A DNA stretch of 64,000 bases from an uncultured Alphaproteobacteria bacterium (GTDB lineage: Bacteria; Pseudomonadota; Alphaproteobacteria; HIMB59): assembly GCA_902621205.1 (NCBI GenBank), contig CACNLH010000007.1, positions 7,381 to 71,380 on the forward strand, written 5' to 3'. Both the position numbers and the translations under genes were made by a program. Below the pieces are notes generated by a model, which saw nothing but the letters and a program-made list of their open reading frames with translations, ran no database searches and was not told the DNA's origin. Below, in pieces: positions 53,561 through 62,932 of this stretch (the first letter of the stretch is position 1; each line of letters begins with the position of its first letter).

Positions 53561-54976
53561 ATGGACAAAAAATCATTACAAAAAATGATCGATGAAAATG
53601 GTATTAAGTATATTGATTTTAGATTTACAGATCCTTTAGGAACATGGCAGCACTTTTCAAACCATATTAATACATTTGAAATGGACGTATTTGAGGAGGG
53701 TATTGGTTTCGACGGTTCTTCAATTAGATGTTTTCAGTCAATTGAAGCTAGTGACATGATATTAATTCCAGATATTGAGACTGCATTTGTAGATCCCTTT
53801 TTTACTGATCCTACTCTAGTTCTGATATGTGATATTCAAGATCCAATTACTGGACAAAAGTACGATAAAGATCCAAGATATGTTGCAAAAAAAGCAGAAG
53901 AATACGTTAATACCTCAGGAGTTGGTGATAGTATTTTCTTTGGACCAGAAGCTGAATTTTTTCTTTTCAATAATGTTCAAATTAACACGCACCCTCATCA
54001 CTCCTCTTTTTCTGTTGACTCCGGTGAAGCCGTTTGGAATACAGGCACAGCCGAAGGTCCAAATCTAGGTTATAAAGTTAGAAATAAAGGTGGATACTTC
54101 CCATGCCCTCCTCATGACACTATGCAGGATGTTAGATCAGAAATGGTTAATCACATGGTTGCAATTGGTATGAGTGTTGAAGCGCAACACCACGAAGTTG
54201 CTACTGCTGGTCAATGTGAAATTGATTTAAAATTCGACACATTGGTTAAGATGGCCGATGATCTTCAAAAATATAAATACGTTGTAAGAAACACAGCAAA
54301 AAGTAATGGTTTAAGTGCTACTTTTATGCCAAAACCTCTTTCAAACGACAATGGTTCTGGAATGCATTGTCATCAAAGTATTTGGTCAAACGGTAAACCA
54401 GTATTTTATGGTGAAGGTGGATACGCTAATCTTAGTGATGAAGCAAAATTTTATATTGGTGGTTTGCTTAAGCACGCACCATCTTTATTAGCTTTTACAA
54501 ATCCAACTATTAACTCATACAAGAGATTAGTTCCAGGTTATGAGGCTCCAGTTAAGCTTGCATACTCTAATAGAAATAGAAGTGCTATATGTAGAATACC
54601 TGCATACTCACCATCTCCTAAAGCAAAAAGAGTTGAGTTTAGATGTCCAGATGCAACTGCCAACGGTTATTTAGCATTTTCAGCTATGCTTATGGCAGGT
54701 TTAGATGGAATTAAGAATAGAATTGATCCTGGTGAACCAATGGATAAAAATCTTTATGATTTACCTCCAGAAGAGCAATCTAAAGTAAAGGAAGTACCTG
54801 GTACTCTTGAGGAAGCGATTAATAATCTTGAGTCAAATCATGATTATCTTTTAGAGGGTAATGTGTTTACCAAAGATTTAATCGAGTCATATATCGAATA
54901 CAAAAGAGAAGAAGAAATCGAACCAAATAAACTGCTAGTTACACCTGCAGAGTTCGACATGTATTACGATTACTAA
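53561..54976 (+). CDS. glnA: Glutamine synthetase type I (GSI-beta, adenylylatable)
   Basis: FDGSSI, HHEVA, DNGSGMH, NSYKRLVPGYEAP, NLYDLPPEE; AGGAGG SD. Confidence 0.98.
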   Translation: MDKKSLQKMIDENGIKYIDFRFTDPLGTWQHFSNHINTFEMDVFEEGIGFDGSSIRCFQSIEASDMILIPDIETAFVDPFFTDPTLVLICDIQDPITGQKYDKDPRYVAKKAEEYVNTSGVGDSIFFGPEAEFFLFNNVQINTHPHHSSFSVDSGEAVWNTGTAEGPNLGYKVRNKGGYFPCPPHDTMQDVRSEMVNHMVAIGMSVEAQHHEVATAGQCEIDLKFDTLVKMADDLQKYKYVVRNTAKSNGLSATFMPKPLSNDNGSGMHCHQSIWSNGKPVFYGEGGYANLSDEAKFYIGGLLKHAPSLLAFTNPTINSYKRLVPGYEAPVKLAYSNRNRSAICRIPAYSPSPKAKRVEFRCPDATANGYLAFSAMLMAGLDGIKNRIDPGEPMDKNLYDLPPEEQSKVKEVPGTLEEAINNLESNHDYLLEGNVFTKDLIESYIEYKREEEIEPNKLLVTPAEFDMYYDY

Positions 54977-54977
54977 A

Positions 54978-57302
54978 CTAAATTAAAAGCAACCTGTCTA
55001 AATATTTTTTATTATCTACTTTGGACGGGTTGCTAGTTAGATTTTCAAACATAAGCAACTCTCTTAAATAATCAATATCATCACTATATGAAAACTCTTT
55101 ATTATTTATGTGGTTGATGTCTTCTTTAATTTTAAAGAGTTGAAAAAGATCCTTGTTATTTTTTAAAGGATTTTTTATATCTACTATTTTTAAAAAGTAT
55201 TCATTATCAATTTTAGAAAAGTTTGAAATAATTTGATTTTTCATTTTTGTAAAATACTTAACTAATTTTAGATTATTTGTTAAAAGACATACCTTCATAA
55301 AAGACAATTTATGAAATGGTTCACTAGTCTTTGAATAAAATGAAAAGAAATTTTCAATATTAATAACTTGATCAGAGTCTCTATCAAAAGGTTTATTTCT
55401 ATCGTCAATTATTAGGATATTTGGATCAATATATTGTTTCATTATCGAGTAAAATCTCCTTACAATTTTAATATTATCTATGTGATTATTTTTGTTTGAT
55501 TGATATATAAAAAAAATATCTAAATCGGAAAAATTCGTAGCCATTTTGACACCGTAACTTCCAAATAAAATCGGTGTTAAGTCAGAGAAAATATTGCTTC
55601 TATTGACAATGTATTCATTTTTAACTAGTTCAAAAATATAAAAAATAAACTTTCTTACAGCAGTATTTCGTTTTTTGAGGAAGTCAGTATTTGTTATTTT
55701 TTTTGAAAGTAACAAATAATCTAAAAGGAATAAAATTTCATAAATATCCTGGATTGATTTTTTTAAATCTAAATCAAAATTATCAGAAAATTCTCTCAGC
55801 TTAAAAGTAGGTATGCCATAATTAAAAAAATAGACTAGTGACTCTATTAAAAAATGATTTTTGTAAATAAGATTTGTTAATTTTGAAGAATTCTCAAATA
55901 TGAAAGCTAACTCTAAAAAAATTTTATTATTGTATTTGTATAAAGCAGTTAAATGGATACCAGACTTATAATAGTTAATTAAATAGTCAAATTTTATAAT
56001 TAGATCATCTCGTTTATTATGTGTTGATAAAATATTTATGAGACTTGAAATAGACTCTAAATAATCATTTTTTACTGTTTCTGAACTATTGATGTTCTCA
56101 GCTCGTTTTAGAAGACTATCAATAATTTTTTGGCTAGACTCATTAAATTTTTCACGTCGTAAACTTTCTCTATTTATTTTAGGGAAAAATAAACGCTGAT
56201 ATATTGTTTGAATTTCAGATTTATGCTTCTCTAATTTGTTTGAAAAGTTATCTAATACTGCATTTAAATAGGTTTCATTAGAGTCAATTATATTCTGAAA
56301 AGTATTCTTTTTTATATGTAAATAATTCTCAATTTTACGGAAGTAATAATATGCCTCTGTTATATTTTTTAAGTCATTTTTTGGAATTATATTTTCATGT
56401 ATTTTTAAATTTATAAGTAATTTATGAATATTACTCTCTTTAAGAGAATTTATTTTTCCAGACCAAAGAAGTTGGTTAAAATGTATTATATTTTCACAAG
56501 ATCGAATAAAGCCATAAGAATTTTTTATATCTAGCTTTTGTTCAGTATTACTGGAGGCAAAAAGCTTTTTAATTTCATCTATAGCGTAATAGTCAAATGT
56601 TCTTCTAAATAAAAAACTTTTTATTGCTTCCTTAAATAAGAAATATTTTTGAATATCGCCACACAAAAAACTTGATCTATGAAATGCTAATCTCTCCCAA
56701 TTTCTGCCAACTGAAGTATAATAATTAATTGCTTGATCCATATCAGATATAATTAATGAATCACCAAAATCTGGTCGTAACCTTAAATCTATTTTATGAA
56801 AAAAAGACTCAGAAATATTCGATATATCACTAATGGTTTTCTTTATAGATTTATTAAAATCTTGCAGGGAAATAGGACTATTTTTGGAGTCATAGAATAT
56901 GATTATATCGATGTCAGAGGCAAAATTTAAATCTTTTACGCCAATTTTACCCATACCTAGAATAAAATAATATTTTTTTAAACTATTATTAAATGATCTG
57001 TATAGATTGATATTAATGATTTTACTTAAAATATTTTTGCATAAAACTGACCACAATCTTGATCCATTAGACTGAGAAATTAAATTTTGATGAATTGATA
57101 TAAAAATTAAATAAATAAGCTCATTTTTAAGTGTATTTATATTGAGAAAGTTAGTTGTAGAGGAATTAGAATATTTTTTTATATTACTTTTGTAGTGGTT
57201 AAGTATTAATTGAGCATCAACCTTTGAAACATCATAAGAATTATTAAGATATTCATATTTTGATAAGAAAGTTGAAGATTTATATAATCTCTCTAACTCC
57301 AA
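54978..57302 (-). CDS. glnE: Glutamine synthetase adenylyltransferase / adenylyl-removing enzyme (short, divergent)
   Basis: GMGKIG..DLNFASDIDI, IDLRLRPD, YY...GRNWER; second NTase motif FGSYG...SDLDIFFIY. Confidence 0.82.
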   Translation of the reverse strand: MELERLYKSSTFLSKYEYLNNSYDVSKVDAQLILNHYKSNIKKYSNSSTTNFLNINTLKNELIYLIFISIHQNLISQSNGSRLWSVLCKNILSKIININLYRSFNNSLKKYYFILGMGKIGVKDLNFASDIDIIIFYDSKNSPISLQDFNKSIKKTISDISNISESFFHKIDLRLRPDFGDSLIISDMDQAINYYTSVGRNWERLAFHRSSFLCGDIQKYFLFKEAIKSFLFRRTFDYYAIDEIKKLFASSNTEQKLDIKNSYGFIRSCENIIHFNQLLWSGKINSLKESNIHKLLINLKIHENIIPKNDLKNITEAYYYFRKIENYLHIKKNTFQNIIDSNETYLNAVLDNFSNKLEKHKSEIQTIYQRLFFPKINRESLRREKFNESSQKIIDSLLKRAENINSSETVKNDYLESISSLINILSTHNKRDDLIIKFDYLINYYKSGIHLTALYKYNNKIFLELAFIFENSSKLTNLIYKNHFLIESLVYFFNYGIPTFKLREFSDNFDLDLKKSIQDIYEILFLLDYLLLSKKITNTDFLKKRNTAVRKFIFYIFELVKNEYIVNRSNIFSDLTPILFGSYGVKMATNFSDLDIFFIYQSNKNNHIDNIKIVRRFYSIMKQYIDPNILIIDDRNKPFDRDSDQVINIENFFSFYSKTSEPFHKLSFMKVCLLTNNLKLVKYFTKMKNQIISNFSKIDNEYFLKIVDIKNPLKNNKDLFQLFKIKEDINHINNKEFSYSDDIDYLRELLMFENLTSNPSKVDNKKYLDRLLLI

Positions 57303-57324
57303 ATGGCATTCCTCTCAAAATAAT

Positions 57325-58222
57325 TTAGTAAGCCACTATAGTTATTAATAACTGAGATTTCTTTTTTACTTTTTTGGAATTTGATATGTTACTAAGCGCA
57401 GTGAATATACTTTTTTTTAATAAATTAATATTTAAATATTTGTAATGCTCTAATTCATTTATTGTATTAATTATTGAAGCTGTTTTCTTTTTTTTGACAT
57501 TCTCAAGATCAAATTTTTCTAAAAAAAAGGCGTCTTTCGTAAATTGCCTACCGATCATAAATTGAGTAATATTTTTTTGACTGAAAAAATTTAAAGGTTT
57601 CTAAATCATTAACCTCACCATTAGGAATAAGTTCCATTTCAGAAAATTGATCACAACACTCTAAAAATAAATTGTAATTAATTTTTGGAATTGTTCTATT
57701 TTTTTTGGTATCTAAGTTCAAAACACCATTTCTACAATGTATAAATACTTTTTTAATTCCTATTTCATTAAACAATTTAAGATAATCAAAAATATAACTC
57801 TTATCCTCATTCATACCTAAACCAAGTCTGCATTTTACCGATACATCTTTATTATATTTGATCAATTCACATAAACATTTTTTTACTAAGTCATACTTTT
57901 GGGTTAAAGCTAAACCAAGCATATTTTCTTGGACTCTAGAACTTGGGCACCCTAAATTAAAATTTACATGTTTAATAATATCTACTTTATTTAAAATATT
58001 TATTGCTCTTTTAATTTCTTCAGGATCTGAGCCTGCAATTTGAATGGCGCTTTTATTATTTTTTAAAAAATGCTTGGTTATTGTTTTAGTCTCATTATGG
58101 ATGATTGCTTTATCAACTATCATTTCAGAAAAGGTAGTTACACTATTTCCATAAATGTTTTCCACTAAACTTCTAAAATAGCAGTCTGTGTAACCCATCA
58201 TTGGTGCTAAATAATAATTCAT
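57325..58222 (-). CDS. dusA: tRNA-dihydrouridine synthase, DusA-like (+1 frameshift at 57572-57578)
   Basis: APMMGYTD, QIAGSDP, NLGCPS, VKCRLG, NRTIP, NGE; MIGR continues in the +1 frame to a stop at 57325. Confidence 0.85.
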
Positions 58223-58288
58223 CGAAAAAATTCTTTTAATAATTGAAAAATACTTTAATAAAAGTAAAAATCATTAAAAATCAAGACA

Positions 58289-58621
58289 TTGGAAAATTTC
58301 AACATAAATCAACTAGTTTTTAATTCTGATGGGCTAATACCTACAATTGCTCAAGAGAAGTCAACTAATGAAATTCTTATGATGGCCTATTCAAATAAAA
58401 ATTCTATTGAAATGACAGTAAAAACAAAAAAAGCTCACTTTTGGAGTAGAAGTAAAAAAAAATTATGGTTAAAAGGTGAAACTTCTGGCAATAAACTTAA
58501 TATTATTAATATTTATACTGATTGTGATAGTGACGCTTTAATTTATGAAGTTGAGCTTGAAGGAATTGGCGCTTGTCATACGGGTAAAAAAAGTTGTTTT
58601 TATAAAAAATTAGAATTATGA
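58289..58621 (+). CDS. hisI: Phosphoribosyl-AMP cyclohydrolase
   Basis: WSRSK..LWLKGETSG, DCDSD, ACHTG..SCF. Confidence 0.96.
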   Translation: MENFNINQLVFNSDGLIPTIAQEKSTNEILMMAYSNKNSIEMTVKTKKAHFWSRSKKKLWLKGETSGNKLNIINIYTDCDSDALIYEVELEGIGACHTGKKSCFYKKLEL

Positions 58622-60402
58622 GCGATATAATAGCATTTAAAGACTCGAATAATAATTATTGGGATACTGAAGTTGAAAATAGCACTCCCATTAAACCTAA
58701 ATCTGATGATGCATTAAACATAATGCGCCACGATATGGCTCATATTTTGGCTGAAGCTGTAATTACTCTTTTCCCAAATGCTAAACCAACTATTGGTCCT
58801 TTTATAAAGAATGGTTTTTATTATGACTTTGATATGGAAAGCACTCTCTCAGATGATGACTTAGCTAATATAGAAAAAAAAATGAAAGAAATTCTCTCAG
58901 AGGGAAGAAACTTTTTAAAGAGAGCTGTAACTAAAAAAGAGGCATCAGAAATATTTAAAGATAATAAATATAAATTGGAGCTTATTAATAATTTAGATAA
59001 TTCTGATGAAATAACACTCTATGAGCAAAAAAATTTTACTGATCTTTGTAAAGGTCCTCATCATAAAAGTACAAAAGATTATAATGCTAGCTTTAAAATA
59101 ACAAATGTATCAGGGGCTTATTGGAGAGGTATTAGCACTAACAAAATGCTTCAAAGAATTTATGCAACCGCTTGGTATTCTGAAAAAGAACTTCGTATTT
59201 ATTTAAAAAATTTAGAAGAGGCTAAAGAAAGAAATCATAGAAGATTAGGCACTGATATGGGTTTGTTCCTTCTAACTGATTTATCAGCAGGGAATGTATT
59301 TTGGAAAGATAAAGGCTTAACCTTGTATCAAAATATTGAAAAATATATTCGCTCTGAGCAACAAAAACTTAATTATTTTGAAGTAAAAACACCTGAGCTA
59401 GTATCAAATGAGCTTTGGATAAAGTCTGGTCATTGGGACAATTTTAAAGAAAATATGTTTACTTCAGAAACTGACAACAAGACATTCGCACTAAAACCTA
59501 TGAATTGTCCATGTCATATTGTTTTATTTAACTCTCAACTAATAACTTACAAAGATTTACCACTTAGATACTCGGAGTTTGGTAAGTGCCATAGATACGA
59601 ACCCTCTGGAGCTCTAAATGGATTATTTAGGGTCAGAGGTTTTACTCAAGATGATGCCCACATATTTTGTTCTGCTGAACAAATATATGATGTTTGTAAT
59701 GAGACAACGCTATTAATTGAGAGAGTGTATAAAAAGTTCGGATTTGAAAAAATAAAATATAATATTTCTACTCGCCCAGAAAAAAGTATTGGCACGCAAG
59801 AAAACTGGGATAATGCGGAAAATCAGTTAAAAAAAGTTTTAAAAGACAACAATAAAGAATTTAATATTTTAGAGGGTGAAGGAGCATTCTATGGTCCAAA
59901 GATAGAATTTACATTAGAGGACTCACTGGGTCGTGAGTGGCAATGTGGAACGATACAAATTGACTTCAATCTCCCTGATAGATTGGGTGCAAAATACAAA
60001 GACAAAGATGACAAAAATCAAATTCCAATAATGATACACCGAGCAGTCGTCGGATCTCTAGAAAGGTTTATAGCAATTATTCTTGAAAACACTAATGGCT
60101 GGCTTCCTTTATTTGTTACGCCTATACAACTTGCAATTCTCCCTGTGTCCGAAAAATTTGTTGATCATAGTAACCGAATTAAAGGGGAGCTTCAAAAACT
60201 GGGTGTAAGAGTAATTGTTGATGGATCTGATAACAAATTGGGTTATAAAATAAGAAATTCTGTTTCTAAAAAGATACCTTATTCTCTTGTAATGGGTGAG
60301 AAAGAGATTGAGTCAGACTCATTTACTCTAAGAAGTAATGAGGGTAAGAATACTTCTTTTGATGATATTAAAACTCTCTCAGATTTCTTTATCAGTAATT
60401 AA
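58618..60402 (+). CDS. thrS: Threonine--tRNA ligase (short N-terminus)
   Basis: RHDMAH, DLCKGPH, KPMNCP, RVRGFTQDDAH, MIHRA. Confidence 0.97.
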   Translation: MSDIIAFKDSNNNYWDTEVENSTPIKPKSDDALNIMRHDMAHILAEAVITLFPNAKPTIGPFIKNGFYYDFDMESTLSDDDLANIEKKMKEILSEGRNFLKRAVTKKEASEIFKDNKYKLELINNLDNSDEITLYEQKNFTDLCKGPHHKSTKDYNASFKITNVSGAYWRGISTNKMLQRIYATAWYSEKELRIYLKNLEEAKERNHRRLGTDMGLFLLTDLSAGNVFWKDKGLTLYQNIEKYIRSEQQKLNYFEVKTPELVSNELWIKSGHWDNFKENMFTSETDNKTFALKPMNCPCHIVLFNSQLITYKDLPLRYSEFGKCHRYEPSGALNGLFRVRGFTQDDAHIFCSAEQIYDVCNETTLLIERVYKKFGFEKIKYNISTRPEKSIGTQENWDNAENQLKKVLKDNNKEFNILEGEGAFYGPKIEFTLEDSLGREWQCGTIQIDFNLPDRLGAKYKDKDDKNQIPIMIHRAVVGSLERFIAIILENTNGWLPLFVTPIQLAILPVSEKFVDHSNRIKGELQKLGVRVIVDGSDNKLGYKIRNSVSKKIPYSLVMGEKEIESDSFTLRSNEGKNTSFDDIKTLSDFFISN

Positions 60403-60443
60403 CTATTAAAAAGTTAATTTATAAAATAAGTTAATTTCTTAAA

Positions 60444-61340
60444 ATGAGCGACCACTTCAAGGCAGTAATTATAGTAGTTTTAAGTGGATTAATATGGAGT
60501 TTTGGACCGCTTGTTGTCAAAAATATGATAGACCCTCAAATCTATCAACTCCCCTACCTTGTTATTAGAGGACTTACAGTTGCAATTATTATCGCTATAT
60601 ATCTTATTCTTAATGAACAAAAAGACTTTTTTATGAATTTAATCAAAATAGATAAAGTTTCTTTGATTGGTGGTCTTAGTTTAACAACAGCCATGGTTGG
60701 TTTTATTTATTCAATAAGTAATACAACTGCTGCAGTTACTCTATTTATGTTGGCGTTAATGCCTTTTCTAGCATCGTTAATTGCCCTAGTGTTTATTAAT
60801 GAGAAAATCTCAAAACAAAATTTTATAACTATGATAATTGCGTTTATTGGTGCTTTAATAATGATATATGCAAGTGCCTTTAGTGGATCGTTGTATGGGT
60901 TAATTATGGGCTTTATATCAAGTCTTGGCTTTGCATCATTCACTGTTGCTTTGAGAAGCAAAAGTAACTTTAAAAAATTTTATATTTTAATTTATGCAGG
61001 AATTTTTTGCGCAGCTATTTCTGTCTTTTTAATGATTTTTAATGATCAAGAAATCTATTTACCCTTCAGAAATATTCTTTTGAGTATGACTCATGGTTTG
61101 ATAGTAGCAACTGGGCTTATCCTTTTTAGCATAGGTTCAAAACAATTACTTTCGGGAGAACTAACAATGCTATCTTTATTAGAAGTAGTTGGAGGAATTT
61201 TTTGGGCGTGGCTACCTATTCTGGGTATCAATGAAACACCAGATATAAATACAATTATAGGAGGAATTATTATTTGCTTAGCTATCGCGATGAATTCATA
61301 TCGTTTTGATAAAAACAGGCTTCAAAATTTAATTAGATAG
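60444..61340 (+). CDS. DMT/EamA family transporter
   Basis: About 10 TM segments in two EamA-like repeats (LIWSF; INEK; ETP...IIGG). Confidence 0.8.
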   Translation: MSDHFKAVIIVVLSGLIWSFGPLVVKNMIDPQIYQLPYLVIRGLTVAIIIAIYLILNEQKDFFMNLIKIDKVSLIGGLSLTTAMVGFIYSISNTTAAVTLFMLALMPFLASLIALVFINEKISKQNFITMIIAFIGALIMIYASAFSGSLYGLIMGFISSLGFASFTVALRSKSNFKKFYILIYAGIFCAAISVFLMIFNDQEIYLPFRNILLSMTHGLIVATGLILFSIGSKQLLSGELTMLSLLEVVGGIFWAWLPILGINETPDINTIIGGIIICLAIAMNSYRFDKNRLQNLIR

Positions 61341-62187
61341 TAAGACCAACAACACCAATGAAAGTTAAAGAGATGCCTAAAGTTTGAATTTTAGATATTT
61401 TTTCTTTTAAAACTAGTCTAGCCAATAAAACTGTTACAAGACCAAAACCTGAAGAAATGACTACTGCAATACTCACTTTGTCAAAAGCATATGCAGAGAC
61501 CAAACAAAAATAACCTGTAGTTTCTAATATTCCTTGAAAAAATAAAATAGGAACTGCTTTTTTTGTCAGTGTTATGTTAGACTTCATAAAAAATAATAAG
61601 GAAGCAATACCCAATAAGCTAAAAAATCTTACATATATAACAGCCTCAATTGGATCTAAAGAATTAGAGGCCTCTTGAGAAAAAATAAGACCCAAAGCCA
61701 GCATACCACTTGCCATAAATGACACAATTAGAGACTCTTTTATCTGTTTTTTTGACAAACCTAGGCTTTCTTTAAAACTGTCAGCGCTTATGGATACAAA
61801 TATTGCGCCGGATATTACAACAAGAGTGGCAATCCACTGAGTCAGTGTGGGTTCACTTCCTAAAAAAAATCTTATGACAAAAACAAAAAAGGGGTTGGTC
61901 GCTGTTATCGAGGCTACAATTGATACTGGTCCCATTTGAAGACCTCTGTATAAACAAAGAAGTCCAAACATTATTAAAATTCCTGATAGGAAACTATTAC
62001 TCAAACCAATCGCGTTTGGAGAAAGACCACTTCCAAAAAAATAGAATAAAATTAAATAAAATATTGAGCCAACAACCAGCATCCAAAAAAGTGAATTTTT
62101 AAATCCAACTTCCTTTGATGAAAATCTAGCTAAAAAATCTCCAACACCAAAACTAAAAGCTGAGAGAATACCCAATAAGATTGCCAT
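61333..62187 (-). CDS. DMT/EamA family transporter
   Basis: About 10 TMs; G..DFLAR, GPVSIVA, LKEKISK.Q.LG. Confidence 0.8.
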   Translation of the reverse strand: MAILLGILSAFSFGVGDFLARFSSKEVGFKNSLFWMLVVGSIFYLILFYFFGSGLSPNAIGLSNSFLSGILIMFGLLCLYRGLQMGPVSIVASITATNPFFVFVIRFFLGSEPTLTQWIATLVVISGAIFVSISADSFKESLGLSKKQIKESLIVSFMASGMLALGLIFSQEASNSLDPIEAVIYVRFFSLLGIASLLFFMKSNITLTKKAVPILFFQGILETTGYFCLVSAYAFDKVSIAVVISSGFGLVTVLLARLVLKEKISKIQTLGISLTFIGVVGLTI

Positions 62188-62202
62188 CAATATAACTAAA
62201 AT

Positions 62203-62538
62203 CTAAACGTGAAAACTCTCACCACAACCGCATTCACTAGTCTGATTAGGATTTTTAAAAATAAACCTTTCTCCAAATTCTTCTTTAATAAAGTCCATTT
62301 CTGTGCCTATTACATACATAACTGCTTTGTCCTCAATATAAAGAGGAAACTTGTAATCATTGACTAGCTCACAACCTTGTATGTTATCATTACTCACATA
62401 CTCCATTGTATAACTCAATCCCGCACAACCTTTAGTGCTTAAGCCAATCTTTAAACCAATAGCGTTACTATTATTTACTAATAATTTAGAAATTTGTTCT
62501 TCAGCAGTTTTGGATAATGAAAATAAAGGACTGGTCAT
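62203..62538 (-). CDS. sufA: A-type Fe-S carrier (HesB/IscA/SufA family)
   Basis: GCAGLSY, NPN....CGCGESF. Confidence 0.9.
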   Translation of the reverse strand: MTSPLFSLSKTAEEQISKLLVNNSNAIGLKIGLSTKGCAGLSYTMEYVSNDNIQGCELVNDYKFPLYIEDKAVMYVIGTEMDFIKEEFGERFIFKNPNQTSECGCGESFHV

Positions 62539-62539
62539 A

Positions 62540-62929
62540 CTAAAAACCTAAAGCTAACTTTGCATTTTCACTCATCATATCTTTATTCCATGGTGGTTGA
62601 AAGGTTAGTTTTATACTGACTTGTCCTACATCATTTAGTTCATGAACTTTTTTAGCAACCTCTAATGGAAAACTGTCAGCAACTGGACAGTTAACTGTTG
62701 TCAGTGTCATGATAATTTTAATATTGTTAAAATTATCTATTGATATGTCGTAAATTAAACCAAGATCATAAATATTCATATCCATTTCAGGATCTTTTAT
62801 ATCTGTGAGAACTTTGATTATATGGTCATTTGTTAATGTCACTGACTGTGATGACGATTTTTCTCCGTAAGTAATCTCACCTTCAGAACTTACTTTTGGC
62901 ATAAAGTCAGAGAGTGTTTTATTATCCAT
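62540..62929 (-). CDS. sufT: SUF Fe-S assembly protein, DUF59/SufT family
   Basis: DPE...NIYDLGLIY, MTLTTVNCP, PPW. Confidence 0.88.
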   Translation of the reverse strand: MDNKTLSDFMPKVSSEGEITYGEKSSSQSVTLTNDHIIKVLTDIKDPEMDMNIYDLGLIYDISIDNFNNIKIIMTLTTVNCPVADSFPLEVAKKVHELNDVGQVSIKLTFQPPWNKDMMSENAKLALGF

Positions 62930-62932
62930 AGC

